A DNA stretch of 64,000 bases from an uncultured bacterium (GCA_903822075.1 CAIJNK010000011.1:504-64503); one strand, 5' to 3'. Positions 11,918 to 21,874 are shown, counted from the first letter of the stretch. The notes: generated from the letters alone by a model not told the origin. Numbers and translations: made by a program.

Positions 11918-13861
11918 TTATCTGACTTGCCAGTCTTTTTGGGCGTTTAATTTGGCGGTAATTTTTTCCATCACACCAGTAATCTCCTCCTCGGACAAGG
12001 TGTGATCAAAGGACTGCAAAACCAACCTGAAAGCGTAGGAAGTCTTGGACGTGCCATCCGGTAACTTCTTGGTAAAAACGTCAAACAAACGGTCCTTGAC
12101 CAAAAGCAAGCCGGCTTCTTCTTCAATAATCCGCCACACCTCCCGTTCTTCCGTTCCTTCCGGCACAAATACCGCCACGTCACGGACAGAAAAGGGATAA
12201 ACGGAGATTTTTTCAAACCGCATATTGCTTGGCGCCATGGGTAATTCAACGTCATACGCCGTCGGTTCGGGCAGCCCCACCAGCATCTTATCAAAATCAA
12301 TTTCTATTACGTTCTGAAGGTTCTGAAATTTTTCGAAGGTTATGGTTATTTTTAGTTCACTCTCCAAGGATTTAATAATATTCACCAAAACATCCACGTC
12401 TTTCAATAAGCCTTTATTAGCAGACGGAGTCTTAACCCCGAGAACGAAATGTGTTTGTTCTCCGCTTTTCTTGAATATCTTGCTGATCTCGAATATTTTA
12501 ATCTGTGGCATATCGACAAGCTCAGAATAACGAGCATTGAAGTCTAAATATTCCGCCATACTGGCACTCAAGTTAGCCCGCAAAAACTTTTTGTCCGGAG
12601 CTACCGAGTTAGCCAATTCTATTTCTCCTTTTTCGGCAAAGGTATACCCGTATATTTCCGAAAAGCCGTTATCTGACAGAATTTTCTTTATTTTATTGGC
12701 ATAATAGAAATTCTTATTTATGACCGCTCCGGCAGTTTTTGTCAGTTTCTTTTCTCCCTCAATCTGTCCATAACCATACACTTTCAAAATTTCCTCAATC
12801 AGATCTTCTTTGATTTGCAGATCCAATCTTTCAAAAGGGATTTTAACCGTAAAATTATCGCCATTTATTTCATACTCGAAGTTCATGCGCCTAAAAATGT
12901 CTATAATTTCTTCCGTCGAAATTTTAATGCCCAAAACCTTTACTACTTGCTCGGTTGAAATATCCAATGAATGTCTGCTGGCTACGTTATCATAAGCATC
13001 AACCATATGACCCACCTTTGTTTCATCTCCGCTCGCAATATCCACGATAAGTTTTGTCAGTACTTCCATGGCTTCCCAACAAAGTTCCGGGGTCAAATCG
13101 TTCTCATACCGCTTTGAAGCGTCAGTCTGAATTTTAATTTTTTGGGCGGTCTTTCTGATCAAGACCGGATCAAAATTAGCGGATTCCAAAATAATGTTTT
13201 TGGTTTTTTCGTCAATCTCCGCCAAAGTGCCACCCTTAATGCCAGCAATGGCCAAAGCCTTGCCACTATTGGAAATGGTCAGAACGGTGTCATCCAAAAT
13301 CACCTGCTTGCCATCAAGAGTTTTAATTTCATCCGCGTTTATCGCTTTCTTTATTTCAATCAAGCAACCGCCTATTTTGCCGGCATCGAAAACATGCATT
13401 GGCTGTCCCAGTTCCAACATCACAAAATTAGTCGCGTCGACAAGGTTATTAATGGACCGCTGGCCCAGATTTTCCAGTCTTTTTTTAAGCCATTCAGGTG
13501 AAGGATTGATTTTGATATTTTCGATCACACGACCAATATAACGCCGACAATCATTTTTATCCTCAATTCTTATTTGCGGTTTTAGATCACTTTTTTTTAC
13601 CTTATCAATATCCGGAATATCTCGGGAATATTTCTTCATTGGCAAATCCAGCAACGCGGAAAGTTCTTGAGCGATTCCCCGATGACATAAACAGCTATGC
13701 GCCATGTTTGGTAGGATCTTAATGTCTAAAATATAATCGCCATCCACCCTTTCTACCCCTTCCACCTCGCTCGAATTCATGGTTAAAACATCCGCCACCT
13801 TTTCCACCGGTGGTAGCTTTTCGTCAAAATATTGATTTAACCAATTATAAGAAACCTTCAT
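11918..13861 (-). CDS. pheT: Phenylalanyl-tRNA synthetase beta subunit (lacks the OB/EMAP domain)
   Basis: 'MKVSYNWL', B3/4 'NNLVDATNFVMLELGQPMHVFD', B5 'RLDLQIKEDLIEE', C-terminal FDX-ACB. Confidence 0.95.
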   Translation of the reverse strand: MKVSYNWLNQYFDEKLPPVEKVADVLTMNSSEVEGVERVDGDYILDIKILPNMAHSCLCHRGIAQELSALLDLPMKKYSRDIPDIDKVKKSDLKPQIRIEDKNDCRRYIGRVIENIKINPSPEWLKKRLENLGQRSINNLVDATNFVMLELGQPMHVFDAGKIGGCLIEIKKAINADEIKTLDGKQVILDDTVLTISNSGKALAIAGIKGGTLAEIDEKTKNIILESANFDPVLIRKTAQKIKIQTDASKRYENDLTPELCWEAMEVLTKLIVDIASGDETKVGHMVDAYDNVASRHSLDISTEQVVKVLGIKISTEEIIDIFRRMNFEYEINGDNFTVKIPFERLDLQIKEDLIEEILKVYGYGQIEGEKKLTKTAGAVINKNFYYANKIKKILSDNGFSEIYGYTFAEKGEIELANSVAPDKKFLRANLSASMAEYLDFNARYSELVDMPQIKIFEISKIFKKSGEQTHFVLGVKTPSANKGLLKDVDVLVNIIKSLESELKITITFEKFQNLQNVIEIDFDKMLVGLPEPTAYDVELPMAPSNMRFEKISVYPFSVRDVAVFVPEGTEEREVWRIIEEEAGLLLVKDRLFDVFTKKLPDGTSKTSYAFRLVLQSFDHTLSEEEITGVMEKITAKLNAQKDWQVR

Positions 13862-13881
13862 GTTATTTTTCTTTTAATATT

Positions 13882-14649
13882 TTAGAATTGATTTACTAAT
13901 CTTAAATCTCCGGAATACATCAAACGCACATCATCGATGCCGTATTTGAGCATAATAATCCTGTCCACTCCCATACCAAAAGCAAAACCTTGCCATTCTC
14001 TAGAATCAACATTCACACCTTCCAAGACTTTCGGATGCACCATCCCCGCACCGACCACCTCCACCCAGCCTGTGCCCTTACAAACCGGACAAGACTGTCC
14101 CTCTTTCAGGTCTCGGCCACCATTACATTTAAAACAGGATATGTCCGCTTCCAAGCCCGGTTCCACAAACGGGAAAAAGCTAGGACGAAAACGCACTTCC
14201 ACATCTCGTTCAAAAAACTTATCAAAAAATGTATTCAGAGTTGATTTTAAATCACTCATGTTAGCGTCCTTAGTGATCATGAGTCCCTCCAGCTGATGAA
14301 AAACCATCTCATGTGTGGCGTCCGTGGCTTCATTTCTAAAAACCTTGCCGTAGCAGACCATCTTAAACGGCGGCTTGTTTTTTTCCATATAACGTACTTG
14401 CACCGCACTAGTCTGTGTTCGCAATAACTTTCTTTCCGGATCATTTGGAGATTGCTTGAGCCAAAAGGTATCCTGCATATCTCGGGCGGGATGATCTTTA
14501 GGCACATTCAAAGCGTCAAAATTATAATGTTCCGTCTCAATTTCCGGCCCGTCGACCAAGGAAAAACCCATCTCATAGAAGATGGCATTGGCTCGATTAA
14601 TAAACTGTGTCATAGGGTGTATATGACCTTTTTCGGTCTTTTGTTCCAT
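13882..14649 (-). CDS. pheS: Phenylalanyl-tRNA synthetase alpha subunit (short form)
   Basis: 'HPARDMQDTF', 'LLRTQTS', 'FRPSFFPFVEP', 'GFAFGMG'; CxxC...CxxC insert. Confidence 0.97.
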   Translation of the reverse strand: MEQKTEKGHIHPMTQFINRANAIFYEMGFSLVDGPEIETEHYNFDALNVPKDHPARDMQDTFWLKQSPNDPERKLLRTQTSAVQVRYMEKNKPPFKMVCYGKVFRNEATDATHEMVFHQLEGLMITKDANMSDLKSTLNTFFDKFFERDVEVRFRPSFFPFVEPGLEADISCFKCNGGRDLKEGQSCPVCKGTGWVEVVGAGMVHPKVLEGVNVDSREWQGFAFGMGVDRIIMLKYGIDDVRLMYSGDLRLVNQF

Positions 14650-14724
14650 CCGCTTATCCTAACATAAACCCCACAAACAGAAAACCCCACCGACGCAGGC
14701 CGTGGGGCTCTGTGTTGATGGGGT
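14639..14724 (-). repeat. Scaffold copy A: terminator, leaderless promoter and ATGGAACAAAA (pheS start)
   Basis: About 80% identical (68/86 by hand) to 15800..15884. Confidence 0.8.
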
Positions 14725-14754
14725 CACTAATTTTTCAGAACAAACCAGTTACCG

Positions 14755-15015
14755 CTACAGAAATTCTTCAGCGATCTCAGCTAAGGATTGATCTCCGATG
14801 TATACCCTGGGAAATACATTGGGTCCGAGGAATGGAAGTGGACCAACTGTCCCTTCGGAGAAAAAGAGACGAATCCCTTTTTCTTTGACTTCACCCGTAG
14901 TATAAATGCCGAGGTACATTGGTCGGTCAGAGACTGCATCCACCGAAATCCCATGTCGCCCAGTTAGACACGCATTCATATGTGCAAGCAATCTTTTGGC
15001 CTGATCAATTCTCAC
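14755..15015 (-). CDS. Hypothetical orphan protein in a stand-alone unit
   Basis: ORF with promoter TTGACT-N17-TATACT (15083..15111) and terminator near 14672..14710. Confidence 0.55.
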   Translation of the reverse strand: MRIDQAKRLLAHMNACLTGRHGISVDAVSDRPMYLGIYTTGEVKEKGIRLFFSEGTVGPLPFLGPNVFPRVYIGDQSLAEIAEEFL

Positions 15016-15080
15016 TTGTCACCAGTTTTTCTGCAGATCTCTCTGCTTGTGCTGTTTCAACTCCGAAATCCTAACTGTAG

Positions 15081-15145
15081 CAAGTATAGCATCTTTGAGT
15101 TAAAAAGTCAATAGGTAAAAATAACCTTGTTTCTAGGGCTATTTT
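15081..15145 (-). repeat. Scaffold copy: degenerate rpoD terminator plus sigma70 promoter
   Basis: Matches 16330..16406 (caagtatagcat...aaaagtcaat...aaaaata.cc.t.tttctagggctatttt). Confidence 0.7.
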
Positions 15146-15810
15146 TCTGAGTTTTTCTTCAAAATTACCTGCCATTCCGCTTTTAGATCATGGTATTTAT
15201 TTTCAGACTGATCTTCCTTTATTTCCTCCACGGTCAAGCCATGATCCTCAGCCAATCTTCTGATTTCTGATTCAGTAAAATAATGCTGATAAACACCCAC
15301 CTCTTTTCCCCCTTGTACCTGATAAGTTTTTCCGCCCAGATCATTTTCTTGGGTCAAAGTTTCGTTTTGTTTTGGTAATTGTGCAGTAGATCTCAAGGTG
15401 AGTAAAATAAGGGTATTTTCTTTTACGACTCTTACAATTTCGGAAAATACCGTATCCAAACCGTGATCATCATTATAATCAAGAACTCTGTTCGAAATCA
15501 GTGAATCAAAAGAAGCGTCACTAAAAGGTAAATGATGAATATCCGCAACAAGAGCATCCGACCGCGGATAATCAGCTAATATTTGTTGTGTTTTTCTAAC
15601 TCCTTCTTGCGATAAATCCACGGCGGTCACATCAATTCCCTTCTCGGCTAAATATTTACTGTGCCGGCCGGCGCCACAGCCTAGATCCAGACAACTTTGG
15701 CCGGGAATAAGAAAATTATCAATAAAATAGACCACGATGGAGCGAGGGGAGGTTTCTTCCTTTTTACTATACTTTTCATCATACATTCCGGTCCCATAAT
15801 TTTGTTCCAT
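15139..15810 (-). CDS. Class I SAM-dependent methyltransferase
   Basis: 'CLDLGCGAGRH', 'AVDLS', 'LPFSDASFD'. Confidence 0.85.
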   Translation of the reverse strand: MEQNYGTGMYDEKYSKKEETSPRSIVVYFIDNFLIPGQSCLDLGCGAGRHSKYLAEKGIDVTAVDLSQEGVRKTQQILADYPRSDALVADIHHLPFSDASFDSLISNRVLDYNDDHGLDTVFSEIVRVVKENTLILLTLRSTAQLPKQNETLTQENDLGGKTYQVQGGKEVGVYQHYFTESEIRRLAEDHGLTVEEIKEDQSENKYHDLKAEWQVILKKNSEK

Positions 15811-15884
15811 CCTCTGATTCTAACATGTACGCAACAAACAGAAAACCCCACTAGCGTGAGCTGGGGGCTCCGTGTTAGTGGGGT
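15800..15884 (-). repeat. Scaffold copy B: terminator, leaderless promoter and ATGGAACAAAA
   Basis: Homologous to 14639..14724. Confidence 0.8.
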
Positions 15885-15892
15885 TTGATTAC

Positions 15893-16264
15893 CTAATCTA
15901 GCTCGTAAGACTCCTGGATGGCCGCTGCAAACGGCATGAAGAGACAAAGGACAAGGCTGAAGGCAATAAATGCGCCAATCACCAGGATAGGCATACTCAA
16001 GACTCCAATCTCATCGCCAATCCTCGTAATTTCCTCTGCGGAATTATTCAGCCAATGGAAACCTGCCGTGAGTATGATTGCCGCTACCAGTCCGGCTAGC
16101 CACATTCGAAGCCTCGGCCAAAGAAAAGACCAAAGACCCTCAGTCCTGATCCAGCCAAGCTTCCGCTGATCAATTCTGCCCCGTATCACCGCCACCACCA
16201 AGGTACCGATGAAGTAAATCAGGACAAGAATGAATGGCGACTGAACCGACAATAGCTCTTTCAT
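15893..16264 (-). CDS. Hypothetical 3-TM membrane protein in a stand-alone unit
   Basis: SD GGGAG; promoter TTGACT-N17-TATACT at 16332..16360. Confidence 0.65.
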   Translation of the reverse strand: MKELLSVQSPFILVLIYFIGTLVVAVIRGRIDQRKLGWIRTEGLWSFLWPRLRMWLAGLVAAIILTAGFHWLNNSAEEITRIGDEIGVLSMPILVIGAFIAFSLVLCLFMPFAAAIQESYELD

Positions 16265-16378
16265 TTTCTCTTTTCTCCCTTTATATTTTCACGTTTAGAA
16301 CTGTTTCGATGTGGTATTCTTTACTTATTCAAGTATAGCATAAATATGTGTAAAAGTCAATTATACCAGAGAATAGCA

Positions 16379-16406
16379 AAAATAGCCCTATTTCTAGGGC
16401 TATTTT
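16379..16406 (-). terminator. rpoD terminator
   Basis: AAAATAGCCCTA-TTTC-TAGGGCTATTTT perfect hairpin. Confidence 0.75.
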
Positions 16407-16416
16407 AAGAGAAACT

Positions 16417-17616
16417 TTAGTAGTTCTGCAATCTATTTATCTTCCCATGCACCCTTATCTTTTCGTGCGCTTTAGCCTCAATCTGGCGGATACGCTCACG
16501 AGTAACGCCAAACTCTTTACCCACTTCTTCCAAAGTATGGGTAATGCCATCAATCAAGCCGTGACGCATTTCTAATATTTTTCTTTCTTTCAGTGAAAGA
16601 TCGGAAAGGATTTCCTTAACCTGATCTCCCAAGATTCGGCGGGAACTTTCCTGATCCGGCGACAATATTTTATCATCCGCCACAAAATCACCCAAGGTAG
16701 ATTTTCCGTCATCACCATCATCCCCCACCGGCGTTTCCAACGACACGGTATCTTGATCGATCTTTTCAATATTATAAACTTTCTCAATCTCAATCCCCAT
16801 CTCGGTCGCAATTTCCTCAGGTAAAGGATCTCGGCCCAAGTCCTGAGACAGTCTCCGCACACACTGTTTGTACTTGGCAATAGTCTCCACCATGTGTACC
16901 GGCACGCGAATAGTTCGGCTCTGATCGGCCAAAGCTCTGGTGATAGCCTGTCTAATCCACCAAGTAGCGTAAGTAGAAAACTTGTAACCCTTGGTCCAGT
17001 CAAATTTATCCACGGCCTTGAACAAACCGAGGTTTCCTTCTTGAATCAAATCAAGTAACGTCAGATCAGCACTTCGGCCCACATATTTCTTGGCAATGGA
17101 TACCACCAAACGCAAGTTGGCCCTAGCCAAGAGATTTTTCGCTTCTTCATCACCCACCTGAATCTTACGGGCTAAATCTTTTTCCATCGTCGCGGAAATC
17201 AGTGGGTACTGACCAATCTCTTTCAAATACATCTGAATAGAGTCGTAGGAAGAGTCACCAGTTCGGCCGCCAAAGGCGTACTTCTTCAAAGTTTCTTCTT
17301 CTTTTTCGATGTCGAGCATTCCACCGCCCTCAAGCACATCCACGCCGGTAGTGGATAAACGATTATACAAATCGTCCAAAAATACCACATCTGTCTCAAT
17401 GTTTGGAAACTCTTTCAAGATTTCATCATAAGTGACAAAACCTCTCTCCCGACCCTTAGCCAAGAGTCTTGAAGTCTTGATCTCCTGCTCCTTTTTCTTG
17501 TCCATCCCAGTTTTCTTGATTGGCTTGGCGGATACCTTTTTAATCTTTTTAACTGGACTCTTTTTTACCGCCTTCTTAGCTGACTTTTTTACTTTTTTGG
17601 TTATTTTTTTCTTCAT
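16417..17616 (-). CDS. rpoD: RNA polymerase primary sigma factor
   Basis: 'NLRLVVSIAKKY', 'DLIQEGNLGL', 'KFSTYATWWIRQAI', 'TRERIRQIE'; Lys-rich N-tail. Confidence 0.97.
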   Translation of the reverse strand: MKKKITKKVKKSAKKAVKKSPVKKIKKVSAKPIKKTGMDKKKEQEIKTSRLLAKGRERGFVTYDEILKEFPNIETDVVFLDDLYNRLSTTGVDVLEGGGMLDIEKEEETLKKYAFGGRTGDSSYDSIQMYLKEIGQYPLISATMEKDLARKIQVGDEEAKNLLARANLRLVVSIAKKYVGRSADLTLLDLIQEGNLGLFKAVDKFDWTKGYKFSTYATWWIRQAITRALADQSRTIRVPVHMVETIAKYKQCVRRLSQDLGRDPLPEEIATEMGIEIEKVYNIEKIDQDTVSLETPVGDDGDDGKSTLGDFVADDKILSPDQESSRRILGDQVKEILSDLSLKERKILEMRHGLIDGITHTLEEVGKEFGVTRERIRQIEAKAHEKIRVHGKINRLQNY

Positions 17617-17620
17617 TGTT

Positions 17621-19333
17621 TTATTTAAGTTTAGCTAATCTTTTGGTAAGTTCGTTACACAACCCAGCCATTATATCACGTTTTTTTAAATCTTTTTCTT
17701 TCTCGGCTTTGATCATCTCACTCATTGTCCGCGCCAATTCTCGTTTGACATATTCTTTTTCCAGTTCCATTAAGAGCTCGTCGAGTACCGCCTGAATCTT
17801 CTTTTTCTCATAATACTGCTCAGCTTCAAAAATCGCTTCATTTATCACCTGGACTGGCGCCGTCTCCCACTTTTTAAAATTCTCCCCACCAATGATTTCT
17901 CGTACCTTCTGTTTCGATGTCTGAATATCGATCAGTTTTTCCGTGTCTTTCTCTTGCCAGCCAATGACCCCCAATACTCGCCGTTCAATGGAATCCACCC
18001 GGTCTATAGCTGTCTTATTATCAAAATTACCGCTTTTTGTACCAACACCATCCACACCCGGCTCCACTTTTACTTTTTTCAAATCTTCCCAAATAGCCGC
18101 CTCGCTGATGCCAGTCTTCTCTGCAATCTTTTTTACAAAATGTGATTTCTCAATACTACTTTCAATGATTGCCAAAAAGGGCAGTATTTTCTCCTGCACC
18201 TCCTTACCGAGTTTTCTTGGTTCTAATTTTTCAGCTAAGATTTTCGCTAAGTAAAAATCAATAATATGCATGGAATCTTTGAGCGCCTCTTTGAATTTTT
18301 CCTTGCCATCCGTACTCAAAATCACATCTGCCGGATCTTTGCCATCCTTAAATTCAGCAATTTTTACTTCCATACCTAAGGACAATGCCAACTGCCAGGC
18401 TTTGGTAGCTGCCGCAAAACCGGCCTTATCCGCATCAAAAGCCATAATCACTCTGTTTGATATTCTTCTAAGAAGTGTGAGATGTTCTGGAGTTAGGGCT
18501 GTGCCGGAAGTAGCCACCACATTTTGAAAGCCCGCCTGATGACACATAATAATATCCATTTGTCCTTCCACAATCACTGAATAATCAAATTTCTTGATGG
18601 CAAGTTTAGCCAAATCAAAACCATAAAGAATCCGTGATTTGTTGAACACCGCCGTTTCCGGAGAGTTCAAATATTTGGCGCTTTTGCCATCGTCATTTTC
18701 CGGCAAAATTCGCCCGGTAAACGCCACCACTCGGCCGGCGCTATCTCGAATCGGAAACATAATCCGACCTCGAAAGCGGTCATAAAAACTGCGCTCATTT
18801 CTCTTAATCAAACCTGCTTGTTCTATTTCACTGTCAGAAAATTTTCGGGCGGCCAGATAATCATAAAGCGTACGCCAATCATCAGCCACAAAACCAATTC
18901 GCCAATCTTTGATAGTCTTTTCTGTTAAGCCTCTTTTTTCCAAATATTTTACGGCACTATTTGATTTAGGTAAATTAGATTCAAAGAATTGGGTGGCGGC
19001 TTCGAGTGCATTAAATATCGCCTCCTTTTCATCTTTCTTTTCAAAATCGGTTCGCTCCAAAGTCACGCCCGTTCTTTCCGCCAAGAGTTTCAAGGCGCCA
19101 AAAAAGTCCAAACCTTCAAACTCCTGCACAAAAGTAAAAATATCACCTTTTGCGCCACAGCCGAAACAATAATAAGAATCCCGATCCGGCGATACAAAAA
19201 AGCTCGGCGTCTTCTCATTATGAAACGGGCACCTGGCTTTCATATTCTTCCCTGCTTTCTCTAATTTTATATATGTACCCAAAAGATCCACAATATTCAG
19301 CCTCTCTTTTATTTTTTCTACGGGGGTGCTCAT
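17621..19333 (-). CDS. dnaG: DNA primase
   Basis: CHC2 zinc finger 'CPFHNEKTPSF...CFGC', 'KYLNSPET', TOPRIM 'VEGQMD...DADKAG'. Confidence 0.97.
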   Translation of the reverse strand: MSTPVEKIKERLNIVDLLGTYIKLEKAGKNMKARCPFHNEKTPSFFVSPDRDSYYCFGCGAKGDIFTFVQEFEGLDFFGALKLLAERTGVTLERTDFEKKDEKEAIFNALEAATQFFESNLPKSNSAVKYLEKRGLTEKTIKDWRIGFVADDWRTLYDYLAARKFSDSEIEQAGLIKRNERSFYDRFRGRIMFPIRDSAGRVVAFTGRILPENDDGKSAKYLNSPETAVFNKSRILYGFDLAKLAIKKFDYSVIVEGQMDIIMCHQAGFQNVVATSGTALTPEHLTLLRRISNRVIMAFDADKAGFAAATKAWQLALSLGMEVKIAEFKDGKDPADVILSTDGKEKFKEALKDSMHIIDFYLAKILAEKLEPRKLGKEVQEKILPFLAIIESSIEKSHFVKKIAEKTGISEAAIWEDLKKVKVEPGVDGVGTKSGNFDNKTAIDRVDSIERRVLGVIGWQEKDTEKLIDIQTSKQKVREIIGGENFKKWETAPVQVINEAIFEAEQYYEKKKIQAVLDELLMELEKEYVKRELARTMSEMIKAEKEKDLKKRDIMAGLCNELTKRLAKLK

Positions 19334-19336
19334 CTC

Positions 19337-20485
19337 TTAATTTGTACACTTTCTAGCCAAAGCCGGGCAGGCAATATTTGCACCAGCGTTTGGCAACTCG
19401 CAGTTATTGTTATCCACCGCCATCATGCCTTGATAACCGTTATTGCATGCTCCCCAACCGCAAATCCAGTTTGACGTGCAGGAAGTAGTAGTGGCTTGAT
19501 CTAAAACACACTTATGATTTATACATCTATTAGCCGGAAATAGTGGCCCGCCACCAGGACCGGCGCCTATAAGCTGTGGGCAATCAGTATCAACTTTGCA
19601 TTGTAAAGCTGGTGTTGAAATCGGAGCTAAGACCTTAAACGTCTTCACAATATTCACCGCCTCCTCCCCGCCCAAGGCATCGGTAAAACCCCACCAGCGT
19701 GGTGGCGTGGCAAAAATATAATTCTGATTTTCTCCCACTTCACCGGGACCAACCGGCGCGGCGCTCACGGCGACCTTTTCCGCTGAAATAAGTTTCCAAA
19801 CATCTGGCGTGATAATCATAAGCGGAATATCCTGCCAAGGTTGGCTCGGCGTGGACTGCGGATTTTTAAAGATTAATTTTGTCCCAGTGTAAGTAGTAGT
19901 GCCATCAATTAGCCATCCAGTCCAAGTACTTTTAACCACGGTATACCCCCTCCATGAAGCCGGAAATTGCATGGTAAAACCATATTCTGTATTGGTGTAA
20001 GTTTCCACCGAGAAAATTGGTGTTAATAATTGGGCCGATTTTAATGAATCCTCAAGGGCAAATACTTGCGTGTAAGCATAATCTAAAACCTTTGGATCTA
20101 GCGAGCAGGGGTTGGTGGATCGAAGATAAAAGATGTTTTTATCACCGATAGTTATAATGGCTGAAATTTCATCGTTATTAAGTATCGTTGTGGTACTGGT
20201 ATTGCGTAAAAAGATACTCCCTAATGAATCAGTGTCTGCACGACAAACATCTCCTCCCATTTTTATTAGAGATTTTGAAGTAAAGCCCACACTTTTCGAG
20301 TCAGTGTTATAATTATATGTCAGGTCTTCTATTCTGGATGAAAGAGGTATTCCAATCCCAAGTTCTTTTATTTGAAGAAAGTTTAAAGGTGCTTCTACCC
20401 TCTTATTTTGGCAGATAAACATGACTCCGATTATTAGGATAATGATGACTATAATTATGAAGAGAAAAGTTTTTTTATTTTTCAT
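19337..20485 (-). CDS. Membrane-anchored surface protein with PsbP-like motif and Cys-rich C-terminus
   Basis: Start MKNKKTF at 20485, N-terminal TM, 'ETYTNTEYGFTMQFPASW', Cys-rich tail. Confidence 0.7.
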   Translation of the reverse strand: MKNKKTFLFIIIVIIILIIGVMFICQNKRVEAPLNFLQIKELGIGIPLSSRIEDLTYNYNTDSKSVGFTSKSLIKMGGDVCRADTDSLGSIFLRNTSTTTILNNDEISAIITIGDKNIFYLRSTNPCSLDPKVLDYAYTQVFALEDSLKSAQLLTPIFSVETYTNTEYGFTMQFPASWRGYTVVKSTWTGWLIDGTTTYTGTKLIFKNPQSTPSQPWQDIPLMIITPDVWKLISAEKVAVSAAPVGPGEVGENQNYIFATPPRWWGFTDALGGEEAVNIVKTFKVLAPISTPALQCKVDTDCPQLIGAGPGGGPLFPANRCINHKCVLDQATTTSCTSNWICGWGACNNGYQGMMAVDNNNCELPNAGANIACPALARKCTN

Positions 20486-21545
20486 GATTTTTTTTCTTCT
20501 TGACGGCTGATAAAATCTTTTTAACTTCCCGATCAAAATCCGAAATATAATTTTTATCCTGCTCCACCTTGTATTTTTCATACTCTTTGAAAGCCAAGGC
20601 AAGAGCCACCTCATGACTTATTTTACCGGCGTTTGTCAATATTTCATACTCGCTAAATTTCAGGAAGGCATTAAGCTTAATGACCCAATCTTTCATCGTC
20701 ATTGCCTTACCCCTGGCCGCCTGCATCTCGGCGTAATCCAAATACATATTTCCGATCCGATTCAAATGTTCCAATTCTTTTTTATCTAAATAATTCTTGG
20801 CAATTATCGTATCGCTTGGCATTATTTTCCCTTCCGGCGAACGTCTCCAGGAAGTTAGCCCCATTTTTTCTTTCTTGCTACTTACCCTGTCTGTTATAAT
20901 TTCCGCCGCCGTCTTTCCGGTAATGGCAAAATGCAGTTTATTCTGAACTGTGGCAAAAAATTCCTTGCTCTCACTTGCCTTTGCTGAATAATCAATTGAG
21001 GTGGCATAAATATCCGTAATCTTCTGATAAATCATTCGCTCACTGGTGCGAATATCTTTTATTTCTTCGTATAATTCATCAAAATATCTGGTACTGAAAC
21101 GAGAACCGTATTTCATCCTATTTGTATCCAAAGCATAACCCTTGTGAATGTAATTTTTCAAAATCCCCGTCGCCCATTGCCTAAACTGCGTACCTCTTTC
21201 GGAATTTACCCTATAACCCACGGCGATAATGGCTTCTAATGAATACATCTGGGATTTTCTCTCGACTTCTCTTTCTCCTTCCGTTTGAACTTGTAAGAAA
21301 TCCTTACAAGTTGAATTTAGGCTGACTTCCTTTTCTGAATAAAGAGTTTTCAGATGTTGAGTAATATTTTGAGGAGTAGTCTCAAATAATTCAGCCATTC
21401 TCCTCTGGGTTATCCAAATATTTTCATCAGCATATACCACTTCAATATTCACCGAACCGTCCGGTGATTGATAGAATGATATTTGATTATCTGGTATTTT
21501 TTTCATATTCAATCTCTCTTTTATTTTTTCTACAGGTGTGGACAT
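20475..21545 (-). CDS. RhuM-family (virulence RhuM) protein fused to a copy of the DnaG N-terminal 13 aa
   Basis: 'IWITQRRMAELF', 'IIAVGYRVNS...FRQWAT', 'VQNKLHFAITGKTAAE', 'IAKNYL'. Confidence 0.88.
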   Translation of the reverse strand: MSTPVEKIKERLNMKKIPDNQISFYQSPDGSVNIEVVYADENIWITQRRMAELFETTPQNITQHLKTLYSEKEVSLNSTCKDFLQVQTEGEREVERKSQMYSLEAIIAVGYRVNSERGTQFRQWATGILKNYIHKGYALDTNRMKYGSRFSTRYFDELYEEIKDIRTSERMIYQKITDIYATSIDYSAKASESKEFFATVQNKLHFAITGKTAAEIITDRVSSKKEKMGLTSWRRSPEGKIMPSDTIIAKNYLDKKELEHLNRIGNMYLDYAEMQAARGKAMTMKDWVIKLNAFLKFSEYEILTNAGKISHEVALALAFKEYEKYKVEQDKNYISDFDREVKKILSAVKKKKNHEK

Positions 21546-21560
21546 TAAGAATGGTCAGAC

Positions 21561-21821
21561 CTAATTAATTAATCCTTTACTATTCAAACAATCTTTATAC
21601 CAAAAATCAGCCTTCTCCTGTTCTGCTTTATTAATTTTAATCATATCATTACCCAACTCTTCCTTTTCGATATCACTCGTTAAATCCAACCTACTTTCAG
21701 AAACATATTTTTTACATTCTTTTCTAATATTTGATGGCCTTAACTGAAACCAATAAAAAATACACACTAAAATAGCTAGAATTAATATAATTACATATTT
21801 AAATTCTTTTATTTTTTCCAT
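21561..21821 (-). CDS. Hypothetical small membrane-anchored protein
   Basis: N-terminal TM, two Cys in the soluble part; TGCTATAAT upstream. Confidence 0.6.
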   Translation of the reverse strand: MEKIKEFKYVIILILAILVCIFYWFQLRPSNIRKECKKYVSESRLDLTSDIEKEELGNDMIKINKAEQEKADFWYKDCLNSKGLIN

Positions 21822-21874
21822 ATTTTTTTAATTAGATTAATAAACAATCCAATTATAGCACCTTTGGACTGGAA

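Noticed and set aside
14639-16406. Integron or attC cassette array
   Set aside because: No intI gene; the hairpins lack RYYYAAC/GTTRRRY boxes; the genes carry their own promoters.
20486-20614. N-terminal extension of ORF 19337..20614
   Set aside because: Overlaps the RhuM gene; the signal-anchor start at 20485 is more plausible.
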